Assembly (NCBI RefSeq): GCF_902459465.1
Contig: NC_047062.1
Location: forward strand, 33,604,001 to 33,668,000
Origin: Asterias rubens
Taxonomy: Eukaryota
Reading direction: 5' to 3'
Length of the DNA: 64,000 bases
Position numbers and translations under genes: made by a program. How positions within the stretch are numbered: position 1 is the first letter of the stretch; each line of letters starts with the position of its first letter. The notes below the pieces were generated by a model. That model was not told where the DNA came from, did no database searches, and worked only from the letters and a program-made list of their open reading frames with translations. Below, piece by piece: positions 48,446 to 62,200 of the stretch.

Positions 48446-50281
48446 GCTTTTGTGAAATTTCTAATTATGCTGCATAATATTCTTACCTAATGTATAGAAT
48501 ATGTGTGACTAGTCATAATAGTGAATATGATTGTTGACTGACAATGCTTTCATTTGTCGGCAATTATTGATTGAATAGGACTCAGCACCTGTTACACTTT
48601 CTAATTTGCATAACAAAACTTTATTGAAAATTGGCTGACGGCCATTTTGTGTCCCGTCATGTACCGTCACCCTGTGCGTAGAGTACCCTAGAGTATGTAC
48701 GCACACAAGTACACATTCAAATGCGATAGGGGAACAACGTACACGCTGCTCTGTTTATGTTTACAAAATCATCGTATCTTGAGATGGCTGGGGCTTGAAA
48801 ACCGACCATTGTCAAGGTAAGTCAATAATGTGCAGATAAACTGAGCAATTCTACAGTTGTCATGCATGCATTTTCGTAAGGGAAGAATGTAAGAAAACTT
48901 CTTTAGCATTTGAGTTTTGAACTCGGTTGGGAACTTTGAAGTTGTGCAGTGATTTTGTACGTGTCGTGTATTTGTCGTCTCTTTCGTTGCCGTACGATGG
49001 TCACTGCATGCCAGGATTAATACAGAATGGGTCATATATTGGGGGGAAATGTTTACATTTTGAACCACAGTGATTGAAACAGTTCATTATTTAAAATTAC
49101 CGAGTTCAACCAAGGTGTCACTGCAGACACTGGTTGGTTGAGTAAATACACACAGTAAGTTAGTGACACTGTGTGTTAGTGTTACTGTACTGTACCCCCT
49201 CTATTGACATGGCATGGGGCTATGGCTGCCCCCTCACATTAGTAGTACTCACAGTAGCACTACTCCAGAACTTTGTGGTTTGTTCTGCTATCGTCTCGTT
49301 CCTAGTGGATGGAACCTCATTTTAATAGAGAAGCACTACCTAGTGCACTCATCCATCCATATTCAGTTACAGTGCAGGCTACCAGTACCAACAGCAGTTT
49401 AGCAGTCCAATCCACAATCCACCATATAGTGACCGATGTCCATGATGATGAGTGACCACTCTAACTAAAGTTAACCTCTTTGCAAAATGCGCAGGCACTT
49501 ACAACTCTGCTATTGTGGAAGTCAAAATGCGAAGAAATTGGCCCACACTATGTTGGTGAAAATGGTATGCGCATTGTGCGTATAAAGTTTATTCTGCATT
49601 GTTATGCAAATTGGTCAGTATTCAAATATAGGCAATACAACAAATAATAACAGAAATCTTTGAACGGCTTATTTCTATTGCCAAAATAAATTAAAAAACA
49701 TTATGTCAAAGGCGAATAAATACACCATTCATGTCCATTTGTCATAAACGTTTTCATAAAAATGGAAACTGAAAATGTAATTATCGATGGTACATGTACT
49801 TTTCACTTTCACTGGTAAATTTTTAAATCTTTTTATATGCATTTAAACAAATTCTGTTTTGAAACTAGAGGATTTGATCATTATTTGATCTTGGTGACTG
49901 TTACTACAAGGCTGCTATTCCTAGATGCTGAGTGCAAGGAGTCAGAATGCAATGTAAACAATGGTAGCCATCAAAGCAATTTCACCCTGACAAGGGGCAC
50001 TCACTCTATGAGGAATAATGTAAACTTGTATTGGAATTTTGCAAAGGGCATGAGCAAAAGCACAGGGCACCACGGCAATTGCTGTGAGTGTCGTTGCTTA
50101 TTCAAGGCCTGAAAACATTCATTTACACTGCACTCCAATAATTTATGTCAAATTTTCCAACAGGTGTCATATTGGGTCAGTGACCGTATTGCAAGACCAG
50201 TCGTACATGTACTTTGGATACATAATCAATTGTTTTGTTTTTGAAAATGTAGTGATTTATTATTATTTGATTTGACCCAGA

Positions 50282-53200
50282 ATGGCTAATCCTCAATCTA
50301 CCGCACAAGCAGCTTCATCCTTTGAGAAGGGACGTATACAAGCTTTACAAGAGGAACGCATCAAGATACAAAAGAAGACATTCACCAAGTGGGTCAACTC
50401 ATTCTTAGAGAAGGTAAGGTTAACTGCTATTTCAGTCATTGGGGAGGAAAGGAGGGCTCTTTACATAAGGGGGGGGGGCTTACTGAGACATGTATGCTTC
50501 GTTTTTGATAGGGCAAGGGCCCTCTATCCGGAAATTGTAAATTTCTACTGTGTTCAAGGGCACAAAGGCAAATGATGAGGGGGCATGGAGGCTATCACCT
50601 TTGTTGCTTTCCTGAAAGCATCAGGCCTGCTTACTTCAAGTACAAAGTCAAATGATGAGGGGGCATGGAGGCTATCACCTTTGTTGCTTTCCTGAAAGCA
50701 TCAGGCCTGCTTACTTCCGAGTACAAAGTCAAATGATGAGGGGGCATGGAGGCTATCACCTTTGTTGCTTTCCTGAAAGCATCAGGCCTGTTTACTTCCA
50801 AGTACAAAGTCAAATGATGAGGGGGCATGGAGGCTATCACCTTTGTTGCTTTCCTGAAAGCATCAGGCCTGTTTACTTCCGAGTACAAAGTCAAATGATG
50901 AGGGGGCATGGAGGCTATCACCTTTGTTGCTTTCCTGAAAGCATCAGGCCTGCTTACTTCAAGTACAAAGTCAAATGATGAGGGGGCATGGAGGCTATCA
51001 CCTTTGTTGCTTTCCTGAAAGCATCAGGCCTGCTTACTTCAAGTACAAAGTCAAATGATGAGGGGGCATGGAGGCTATCACCTTTGTTGCTTTCCTGAAA
51101 GCATCAGGCCTGTTTACTTCCGAGTACAAAGTCAAATGATCAGGGGGCATGGAGGCTATCACCTTTGTTGCTTTCCTGAAAGCATCAGGCCTGCTTACTT
51201 TCAAGTACAAAGGCAAATGATGAGGGGGCATGGAGTCTATCGCCTTTGTTGCTTTCCTGAAAGCATCAGGCCTGCTTACTTCAAGTACAAAGTCAAATGA
51301 TGAGGGGGCATGGAGGCTATCACCTTTGTTGCTTTCCTGAAAGCATCAGGCCTGTTTACTTCAAGTACAAAGTTACCTTCCATGTCATCATTTGTAATCC
51401 CATTGCAGTGTTTTATTGTTGCAGTATCTGACAAATGAGTACAGTAAGTTAACACCCAACAATTCTCTCACCACATTTGTATCTTGACAGGCAAGTCTCC
51501 GTGTGAAAGATCTCTTTGTTGATTTGGAAGATGGCAAAGTTCTCCTCAAACTACTGGAGATCATCTCCGGTGAGAAGCTGGGTCGACCGAATAAAGGAAC
51601 TCTCAGGGTCCAGAAGATGGAGAATGTCGGCAAAGCTCTCGTATTCCTTGCTACAAAAGTGAGTTACATTGAAGGTTTTGTCCTTTGTCCACGCAGGTAA
51701 ATAATCCCTCATAGCAGTATACAATCTGAGAAACGCTACTGACATTAACGCTTCTCAAATTCAAATATTTGTGGGTTATTAACTGATATCTTTTCCCATA
51801 ACCACATTGATAATAACCAGAAATTGACCCTGCATTTTGCTAGGCTGCAATGGAACTATCAGAGTCAAGCATAAATTGACCATTCAAGTCACTTTAACTG
51901 GGAGATCATGGATATGTTGTGTTTGTGTCATCCACGATCGAAGACTGGTTGTTAATGTGTGTGTGCTTGAACAGCCAGAAGCGTGTTTTGTGACCTAGCT
52001 TATGCTGGTGCTAATAACTTGTAACAGTACACACTCAATTAACTGATTCCTGCATGTTGGGAACACATCGATAGAGTAAGAATTTTAAAACTCATGCGAC
52101 CAGTATCCATTCAACCAGTAACTGTCGTGTAGCCAGGCATCAGACCCAAGTTAACGATACAACCTGGGAAGCGGCAGCAGCCAGGGGATCACCTTTACCC
52201 TTTTGGTTTATTACTTGACTATAATGAGTGCACATCTTTGCCGAACCTAACCTCTCTTCAATTGCTCCTAACCCAATAGGTACGCCTTGAGAGTATTGGA
52301 GCTGAGGATATCGTAGATGGTAATCCTAGATTGACTCTGGGTCTCATGTGGACAATCATTCTACGCTTCCAGATTCAAGACATCAAAATAGAGGTATCAA
52401 GTCACAGATATTTAATAATAATAACAATAATAGTGGTTTTTTATATAGAGCGCATATCCATCACTCAGTGAGGCTCAAGATGCTTTATTAACATTCAGCA
52501 TTTCTTGCAAGATATGTGGGACCACGTTTGAATTATGAGATCTACTCCTTTTACATAGCACCATGTAACGGTTTACAAGGTGCTGTTAGTATCATATATG
52601 AAACACATACCCTTGTTTGATGGGTGGGACATGCCTCACGTGTCACCAATTATTTTACCAAGGACTTACTGCCACAACAGTGCAGAGTTTAATATTGGAG
52701 TCCAATGTGAACAGTTGTTGGACACTCGAAGATTGTTCCCAATATAACTGGTCCACACTTGTTTGTCCAAATGAGGCAAGGTCGAGTCACAGCAGAAAAA
52801 AGTTGGTGTCTAAATGGAGTTGTTGGGATGTTGTGGTGGCGTATGTGTAACCGTAAATGTATCCATAGACTTGCAAAACCTTTCTAATACCATGAAGACT
52901 GAATCCTCGCACTGTTATTCCTATATGAGTGATCAGGTTATCTTTTTTTGGATACAACTGCTGTTTATTGAGGGCCATGATTCAAAGCATGAATTTGGAT
53001 TTTTTTGTATTTCTTCCAGGATGAAGGAAGCACAGAAACTCGATCTGCAAAGGAAGCCTTACTGCTTTGGTGTCAAAGAAAAACAGCTGGGTAAGAAATG
53101 GTTCACTTCCTTCATGGGGTATCCTCAGATAATTGCCCTTTTTTTGCTGGACTCTTAAAGCATCACGCTTCTGAATATATGCATTGGCGTCATCGAGGCA

Positions 53201-56200
53201 GTGGCAACGCACTGATGAAACAATGAAAATACACTACTACATATGCGTGGCGCTCAGGATGGGACAATGAGCAACCTTTATGTGACTTCTAGTCGGGGGG
53301 GGGGGGGGGGGCACTATACTCAAATTGCATCATGTGCATGAGGTCTAGTTAATGAACCAGCTCAGGGCTGTATACTCAGGGCTGTATAACTATTATGAAG
53401 TTCGCTATATAACTAGCTATTATTATTACTATATTAAGTTTGTTATTGGATGTTCTTATCTACTTTCATTACAGGTATCCAGGTGTCACTATTAAGAATT
53501 TCACCAGCAGCTGGAGGAATGGTTTAGCCTTCAGTGCACTCATTCATGTTCATCGGTAAGTTCATCATGGACAAAGAGTTTCCTCATCTCCAGAAATAGT
53601 TTGTTCTTTTGTGATCCCTGGCTACACGGCAGCCCTAAACAAAGTATTGAGTAATAAAGAGGGCTGGAAATATTGACTAATAGGGAGTTTGTGAACTCTA
53701 CCCGGGAAATGATATAGAAACAAAATGAAAACCTTACACTTACAAATAAATCAATTTTGAAAGTGTATTTGTGACTTCTTGTGCAATAAAGAAATGAAAC
53801 CAACAGCAAGGAAGGTTAAATAACATTATCAATAAAGAAACCAGGAAATACCAGAGCTGAAAGTGAATCATTCTTTACTGGTTGAATTAATGTACACATT
53901 GTGGACATCAAAACAAGCTTGAATTGCATTTGGAATTAAGAATGTTAATTTAGCTTGACCTTTTAAACAAAACTACTTGTAAGGAATGTGAAACCTAAAC
54001 ATTCAAGCTAACTTTCTATGTTGTTTTTATGTTTTGGGGTTTTCAGTGAAAGTTGACTTAGATCAAAGTTTAATATGTTTTTCATTGATTATTGTTTTAA
54101 TGTATAAGTTACAAAATGTATTTAATGTCATGTTTGTTTGAAAGGATTGAGGGAAGGTTTGTTTGTAAAATGTCAAGAAAAGAGAAAAATGTGTGAAGGA
54201 AATGTAAGCAGTTTGTAGATTTGAAGGAAGAATGCAGAACTAAAACTGTTTTGTAAAATGATCACCCCTTTTTCTCAACTATATTTAGGTTAGTTTTGTT
54301 GCGGTCCATGCCAAAGTTTAATAACACAAGTATCATTTGTTCTTTTGAGAACTTGTGTTGCTACAATCTACTACCCATAGTAGATTTTGTCTGCATTTGG
54401 GAGGTTTCTCTACTACAGTGGAGTAGATTTTTGGAATTCGTGAGACTTCTCAATTCTAAAAAGAACTGTCCTGCTTATGAACGACTACCTGGGTGGAAGG
54501 TAGGAATTGGCAGGGACAACTACCTTCGTTTAGTGGATCAAGGGGACTCCTGGTTTTTACCTTTACTAGCTTGCTCTAGTCATCCTCAGGAGACTGAAGT
54601 GTGTGAGAGATATTGGCCTATTTATTGGTGTTCAGAAGTTTCAGTGTAGAGTCAAGCCTAGTTCATACTGAATGTGGAATGTGCTACGAATTTTGATGTC
54701 ACAAATTCCCAATGAATAATTTGCATGAGTTGACTTGTGCTCAACTCCTGCGAAACATTCACTGCGAAAATACCCCAGTAGCGTCACAATTCGTGTAGCA
54801 ATCGCATTCGGGCTTAAGTATGAGCGAGCTTCAGTCACTCTTCTAATTAGTTCTCCTGAATGTATCATCTGCTTGAAACCACATATATGTTTCTTATTTT
54901 TAGACCAGAGTTGATTCCATTTGAGAAGCTGAGTTCGAGAAGTAATGAAGACAATCTGAATATGGCATTCTCTGTGGCTAAGGGGACATTGGGAATTTCG
55001 GATCTACTGGACGCTGAAGGTAAATAAACATGTACAAGATTTTACTGATTGAGGTAACACTTAAAGGTAGGGTCATAGATTGTTAACTACTGTAACATTT
55101 AATCACCACAAAACTTACTTCTTCCTTCATGCTTTTTGGGAAGCATTGTAGCTGTTGATAGGGAATAGTAATATTTATGAGTGCAATGGTGAGAATATTT
55201 TTATGAGTTGACAGATGAAATGTTCTATTCAACGAGATAAAGCCGACCATTCTACCTTTCAACATTTGAAACTGAGAAATAATTTGTGCATGAACTGTTT
55301 CTGAGGGCTGTTTTCTGTCCATGAATGCTGCAGCCAGAGATACGGTTGGTACCTGCTGTCGCTCCACCAAATGTAAACAGATTTGATGTACATGTGAAAG
55401 ACAAAGACCGCACTAATGGCTTCAACATGAAGCTGGATACTTTAAATTGTTCCCCCACTTTCATAAGGACTTTATCTATTGGAATATTGAGTGCATCTGT
55501 ATTTGACCTTGAACATGTTGAAGACTCTCTTTAACAAACTTCAATATGTGACTTTGTCAATAATTGGTAATGCAAGTTTTTGTTTAACTGTTATCTTCTT
55601 GTAGATGTTGATGTTGAGAAACCTGATGAGAAATCCATCATGACTTATGTGGCTTCTTATTATCACTACTTTGCTAAGATGAAGTCAGAGAAGACTGGAG
55701 GCAAGAGAATAGCCAAGGTGGGTTGAGATGGAACATCTTTTAACTTATGAAGCCATGTCTGAATTAGTGTTTATGGCTTGATTATCATATAAACGTGTGC
55801 TGAAGGCCCATAGCAACACCCTTAGCAACAGCTGCAGCCGTAGCCACAACCACTAATTCAGACTTAGTATGAAGATGAATGTAAAAGTAGCAATCTTACA
55901 GCGTGAGATGTCAACCATCAGTTCTTTTTACAACCAACACTGCTCAAACAAGATTCACACATGATGCTACCGCAAACCTTACCTAAGACAGGTGCACCAG
56001 AGTCGCACCGTTCCGAGTAGATTAGGAGCGACTCGAGTCGTTCTTTCGACTTCTAGCACATCCAGTCGCTCCTAACTGTTTCAGACCTCAAACTTTTCAT
56101 GTCTGTAATTCAGAAATTGGTTCGACACAGCTCTGGAGGGCCTGTCAGAAATGGGTATTATACTCCCACCATCCAAATTCTTCTTCCTCTAACCATCTTA

Positions 56201-59200
56201 ATTATTTTTGTGGTACTAGATTGTGAGTCAGTTGATGGATGTTGATAAGATGCAGCATGATTATGAACACATGGTATCTGACCTTCTACATTGGATTCAA
56301 GCCAAGATACAAGAACTATCAGACCACAACTTCCCTAACTCCTTAGAAGGAATACAAGCACTGATGCAGACGTTTAAACAATACAGAACGGTTGAAAAAC
56401 CACCCAAGTAAGTAGGCTCAGCAATAGTCGTAGAATGAAGTTATCCTGTTTAATATGTACAACTTATTCATTTTACAAATTATAAAATCCAGGAGAAAGG
56501 CAAAGCATACCTTTGTTTTTTGGAACCGTTTGATTGTTTTAATCCTGTGAAAGATGGTTGCGTTTTTGAAAGAATATGTCTATGCAGAAAGAATAATAAT
56601 ACTCAATCTGAGAAACAATACTCAGATCTAGCTTTTTGGGCTTAAAACCTTTTAACATAACCACATTATTTCAAAGTGAAATGTTTCTCAAAATGCTTTA
56701 TACTATCGAGCGCTGCTGCAGGCTTCTAACCCAAAGTTTGTGTAGCCTCTAATATTTAGAGTGATTATTAAATGTATGCCTTCCCTTTAACTTTGATATA
56801 CTTGGTTATTTCACTGTATACTTGAAGGTATGCAGAGCGAGCCAATATAGAAGTTGCTATCTTTAACCTTCTGGCTCTGATACGTTCATGTCATATGAGA
56901 CCCTACACACCACCAGAAGGCCATCTTGTTAGTGATGTAGAGAAAACTTGGAGTAAATTAGAGAAAGCAGAACATGATCGAGGAATCGCACTGAGGAAAG
57001 AACTCATACGACAAGAGAGGCTGGAAAGATTAGCAGAAAAGTTTACCAGAAAGGTACAGAAATTAATTATTTCACTTCAAACTCACAGTAGTAAATTATG
57101 CAACTCTCAAGCATTGGTCTTGAAATACAGGATTCTGTTTTCTTCACACATTAAAGTAATGTTTGTGGGAACCAATGGTTTTCAATAATGTTGGACATGT
57201 TTGATTTTTGCACAGTATTTCCATGTTTTTGTTATTTGATATTGAAAGATGTTACAAACTTCAATGGCTTCTGAATGTTTGCAGTGACTGATTTCTTTAA
57301 CTGATACAAAACTAAGAATGAAGAATTTGTAACCTGATTAGCAGGTTATACTGCAAGTCTTTTAATGAGAGGCTGGTTGCTGGTGTTATTACATGTGTCT
57401 TGACTTCATCCATGAGCCTTCCATCGACATTCAATATTCATCTTCAACTTTCCAATGGCCTATGCACAAATACCTGCTATGGTGATAGAGCATTCTCAGT
57501 AGCTGCACCAACTTGCTGGGACAAGCTCCCTCTTTTAACATCCGTGACTCATCCTTGATTAGTTCATTCAAGACTCGGTTAAAACACATCTTTTCAGACA
57601 ATGTTAAAGTGCTTTGAACGCCTGTGGAAAGTGCTACACAATTGTTATTATAACATTATTATTATTTTAATGAGTTGTATCTTGTTGTTGCAGGCATTAT
57701 TACGTGAGTCTTGGCTTGCTGATATGACCAGTGTACTAAAGGAGAGTGTCATACCAAGTAATAATATATTTGCTGTTGAAGCAGCTACTAAGAGACATGA
57801 AGCTATAACAGCAGATGTCATGGCTAGGGTAAGTTGTATACCAGAATCAAGTTTAACTTAATCAAATGAAATGCTGGAAATGGCTGTTTTTGCCAGGATA
57901 CATCATTTATTGTGTCTTGTGGCCGAGCAGTTAAGCACATAAGACTCGAGCGGATAAGAACACCTGACTCGAAGCTCTGTTGTTTCTGATCAGCAGAGTG
58001 CGGGTTCGACGCTTGTGTCCTTAACCAAGCCATTTAACCATTGTTGCTGCGTCCTTCGGATGGGACGTAAAGCCGTTGGTCTTGTTGGATGTGCAATGTA
58101 AATAAAATAAGCCAGTGTTCCTGGTCTGATCGGCATCATATTGCACGACAGCACCTTGTAAAACATTGTATGGGGCTTCATAAAGGAATTGGTCTCATAC
58201 TTCAAGCCCCACAATACCTTGCAGGAAAATGATGAATGATGAATTGAATGTCAACTGACAATTATTTCTTTCAAATATCATGAATATAGAAAGATCGTTT
58301 TGAAGATCTGAGTCGGATGGCTAAGGAGTTGATTGCTGAGACTCATTACACATCTCAAGGTGTTGGTCAGAAGGAACGTCAGATATCTCGTGATTGGCAG
58401 AAGTTAATTGATCTGTTAGCCAAGAGGCAACAGGTGCTGCATGGGTTCACTGACCTCATGGGCATGTTTAGAGAGATTGAGAGTGTCATGGCAGAAATGA
58501 AGGAAATTCAGGTAGGTTTTACAAGCTTCTGTTTGTCAAAGAGCCCCATACTCTAAAGGTTATCTTGTTTATAGTTATAGAAAATTTTGCGGTAACACCA
58601 TGTAATAACAATCTCTAAATGAGTTGGGGTGGTTCTGAAAAGAACCATTGGATTAACTCTGCGTTAATCCAAAGAGTTAATCCAACGGTACTTTTCAGAA
58701 CCACCCCAACTCATTGAGAGATTGTTATTACATGGTGTTACCGCAAACTTTTCTATATCTTACTTCCACCATGCAAAGTTTCAAATCCTACTTGTTTATA
58801 GTTACTTAATTTGTTCACTCCTTAATTACATGTACTTGTTTTAACCTCGAAGAAAACAGAATTAGTTGTTGCAAAATGCTTATCCCACAAATTGGTATAA
58901 ATGTAAAGAATGGTTAATAGCCTGACGCTTTGACCCTAACAGAGTCTTTGAAACTTTAGCCTTTGAGAAAGACTCAAAGCGTCAATCAATTTTTTCAATA
59001 TTTCTGTCAGACATATGGAAGATAGATATAGTTATGACATTCAATATTTTGTTATGCATGATGTAATAATATTTCCTGACTGCATCATAGGTTGGTCTCC
59101 AGTCTGATGATTGTGGGAAACATCTCCTTGGAGTTGAAGATCTTCTACAGCGACATGCTCTAACAGAAACACAGATTAACTCCCAGGGTTACAGAGTCAA

Positions 59201-62200
59201 TCAAGTCAATCAGAAAGCTGATATATACCTGACCCAGAACCATTCAGAAAGTGATACTATCAAGAAAAGGGTGGCTCTAGTCAATGTGGCTTATGATCAG
59301 TAAGTAGAAACAACTATGTTCAATGTAGATAGCTTCAAGTTGTAAGATTGTCTTATATCTTTTCTGAGTGGTTTAGTTCACCAGACCCAAGCTCTGTTGG
59401 TGTCAGCAGCAGAGTGTGGGTTCGAATCCTGGTCATGACACTTGTACCTTTGAGCAAGGCACTTAAACATATAATGCTTCTTAAAACATTGGGAAGGTAA
59501 TGCAATCTGCTCTACCGGCTAGGCACCTAGTGAATGATACCCATGCCTACATCCTTATGGACTGTGAAGGGGGTTAACCCTCTTCCAGCACCAGAAGTAG
59601 ATGGCAGCAAGTCACTGGTGACAGTTGATTTGGGTCGCTAGCCCAAATCAATGAAGTGTACCCCTCACCTTGAAGTGGCCGTCTGGCCTTGTGAGATGGG
59701 CAATATCTCAGAACAAAAATGTTAACAAAAATGCCCCGCCTACGAAGCAAGCCAAAGGGGCATGTAGTGTTTGCCTTTTCTGTTCATGTTTGGGTGTCTG
59801 TCCATTTGATAACTCCAGAAGGACTTGCATATCAACTAGGGATCCAATTATAAAACTATTGTCTTGGCACCCCTAAGTTTAATGTAAAGCAGCTGATTTG
59901 CTAATATTGTAATGTCTGTGATGTTTTAAATATCCTCATCAGAATCAGCACCGTGAGTACAAGAAGGAAATCCAAACTGGAAGAATCCCTCAAGTTCTTT
60001 GAGTTCCTTAGAGACAGTGAAGAAGAAGAATCTTGGCTGATGGAGAAGCAGAGAATCGCTAAATCTATGGTGACTGGACGGGACCTGAGAAGTGTGATTA
60101 GTACGCAGCAGAAACATGCAGTAGGTTATCATTCAAGTTCATCATGTTGAATGATTGAAATGGTTTTTTGCAAATCAAATTTGATAAAAACAGCTCGAAG
60201 GCATGATACATCATGAATTGACGTTTGATAATAACATTTGTAAAAAGTACATAGAATTAGCCACTATATTTAAAAAGACAATAGAGAGAATAGTGAATAA
60301 CAGCTGGATAAAAATAATTATCCGACAGGATTGTAAAAGTTTAAAAAAAGAGAAGGTAAAAAACATTAACCAGCACAACAAAGAAAACAATTGGAACTAA
60401 TTTAAAAAGGTAGCTGGTGTACTTTGTAGCAGAGTGTGGGTTCGAGTCCCAGTCGTTAAACTTTTGTCTGTAAGCAAGACACTTAACCATTGTTGCTGCA
60501 TCCTTCAGAATGATGTAAACCTGTAGATCTCATGCATTGTGTAATGCACTCAAAGAACCCATTGCAAATGTCAAAAAGAGAAAGGGGTCGTCCTGGCGCT
60601 CCTGGTTTGATTGGCAGCACATATTATGCAACAGCACCTTGTAAACCATTACGTTGTGCCACAAGGGGATATAAACACTAAGCTGGCAACAGCAAATCTC
60701 TCTCATACAAACATTAGTTTAACTTCTATGATTATGAGTTACACATATCAAGAAATTGTGATTCAGTAGCTAGACGACAACACTTAGTATAAGGATTGTG
60801 AAATCAGCTGTTACCTTGGTAGGATTCAAACCAACGACCTTGTGATTACAAAAAGACTCGTTGGTTTTTGTTGATTGATAGATGTTGAAAAACTTGATTT
60901 GGTACTTGAACCACTTGACTTGTTTTTACTGCAGGCCCTAGAGCTTGAGATAGGTGCCAGACAACAAACTATTGAAGGAGTAATGCAGACTGGTGAGGAG
61001 CTAGCAAGAGCTGGTCACCGTAGCAACAATATCATCTTAGCACAGATTGATGAGCTACAAGAAAAATGGTCCAGATTGAATGAGTTTGCCGAAGCTCGTA
61101 GATATCGTCTGGAAGAGGCTTCTCAATCACATCAGGTAACTTATCTTATTCCGTGACTACGGTAAAGATCCAGAGTCTACTAAGATGCTACTACAGAAAC
61201 ATCTTATCTTATATAATGCAAATGATGTCTTGATTGTTTCCTGTCTAGTATTACATTGATGCAAATGAAGCTGAGTCTTGGATGAGAGAGAAGATGCCAT
61301 TAGTATGTAGTGATGACTACGGTAAAGATCCAGAGTCTGCTAAGATGCTACTACAGAAACATCTTATATTGATGGAGAGTATCCATGCATATGAAGATGA
61401 TATTCACAAACTCTCTCAACAATCTAAGGACATGGTGGACGCTAATAAGAATAATCAGGTAAGATTAGTCACTGTTACTGGAGACTTTGGAACCCTAGGT
61501 GGCAGCAGACTTACCAGAAAAGTTTCCATTTCCGAGAATCACACATTATCAAGAACAATGGAAACCTGATTAGTTTGGTGCCTCCTAGCATCTCCAAAGT
61601 TTGCATTGAGAATAACAGTTCTGAAAATTCCTCTACAAGCTGTGATCATTGATTGCAAGACTTGCACGAATTTGAAAAAAGAAATTCAAAACTTCAATCC
61701 TCAAACAGGCCAGATTATTGAATCAGCTGGGGGGGGGGGTGCTTTGATGTGTGGAGCCCTGCATTTGTAAACAAAAGTTATCTCGGAGGGGGGGGGGGGG
61801 GGAGTGGGGGTAAGGGATCTGAGCAGGTGGGCTCTCCCGCCCCACCTCAACTCCTTTCCTGGATGTTAAATACTGGTCTAAAGAAGTACGTATTTGTTCT
61901 AACTTCAGTTTTCAGCAATGAATTCTCCAGAACCGGAACCATCCCCTAGGGAAGAGGACGAGTATTTTACAGAGCTTGTAGATGTTCCTTATGAAGTACA
62001 AGAAGAAGAAATAGTTGAGAAAGAGGTTGTAAAGGAGACGATCGAGGAAAAGCAATATCCCCAGGTGAAGGCTTCTTATGCATACTCTGGTCAAGGACTG
62101 ACGGTAGCTAAAGGAGAGGTGAGTCACATTCTTAGTCTTCTCTCAAGTCATATATTCAGACACTCCTCAATAGACTGCAAGTCACCATCGTATCAAAACC

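Noticed and set aside
50631-51300. Repetitive ORFs ([12 protein letters not shown]...)
   Set aside because: They arise from 81-bp units and break wherever an 80-bp unit occurs; they lie inside a spectrin intron.
61909-61915. Downstream acceptor at 61915 for the spectrin exon
   Set aside because: It gives an immediate TGA in phase 0; the acceptor at 61908 keeps the frame and was used instead.
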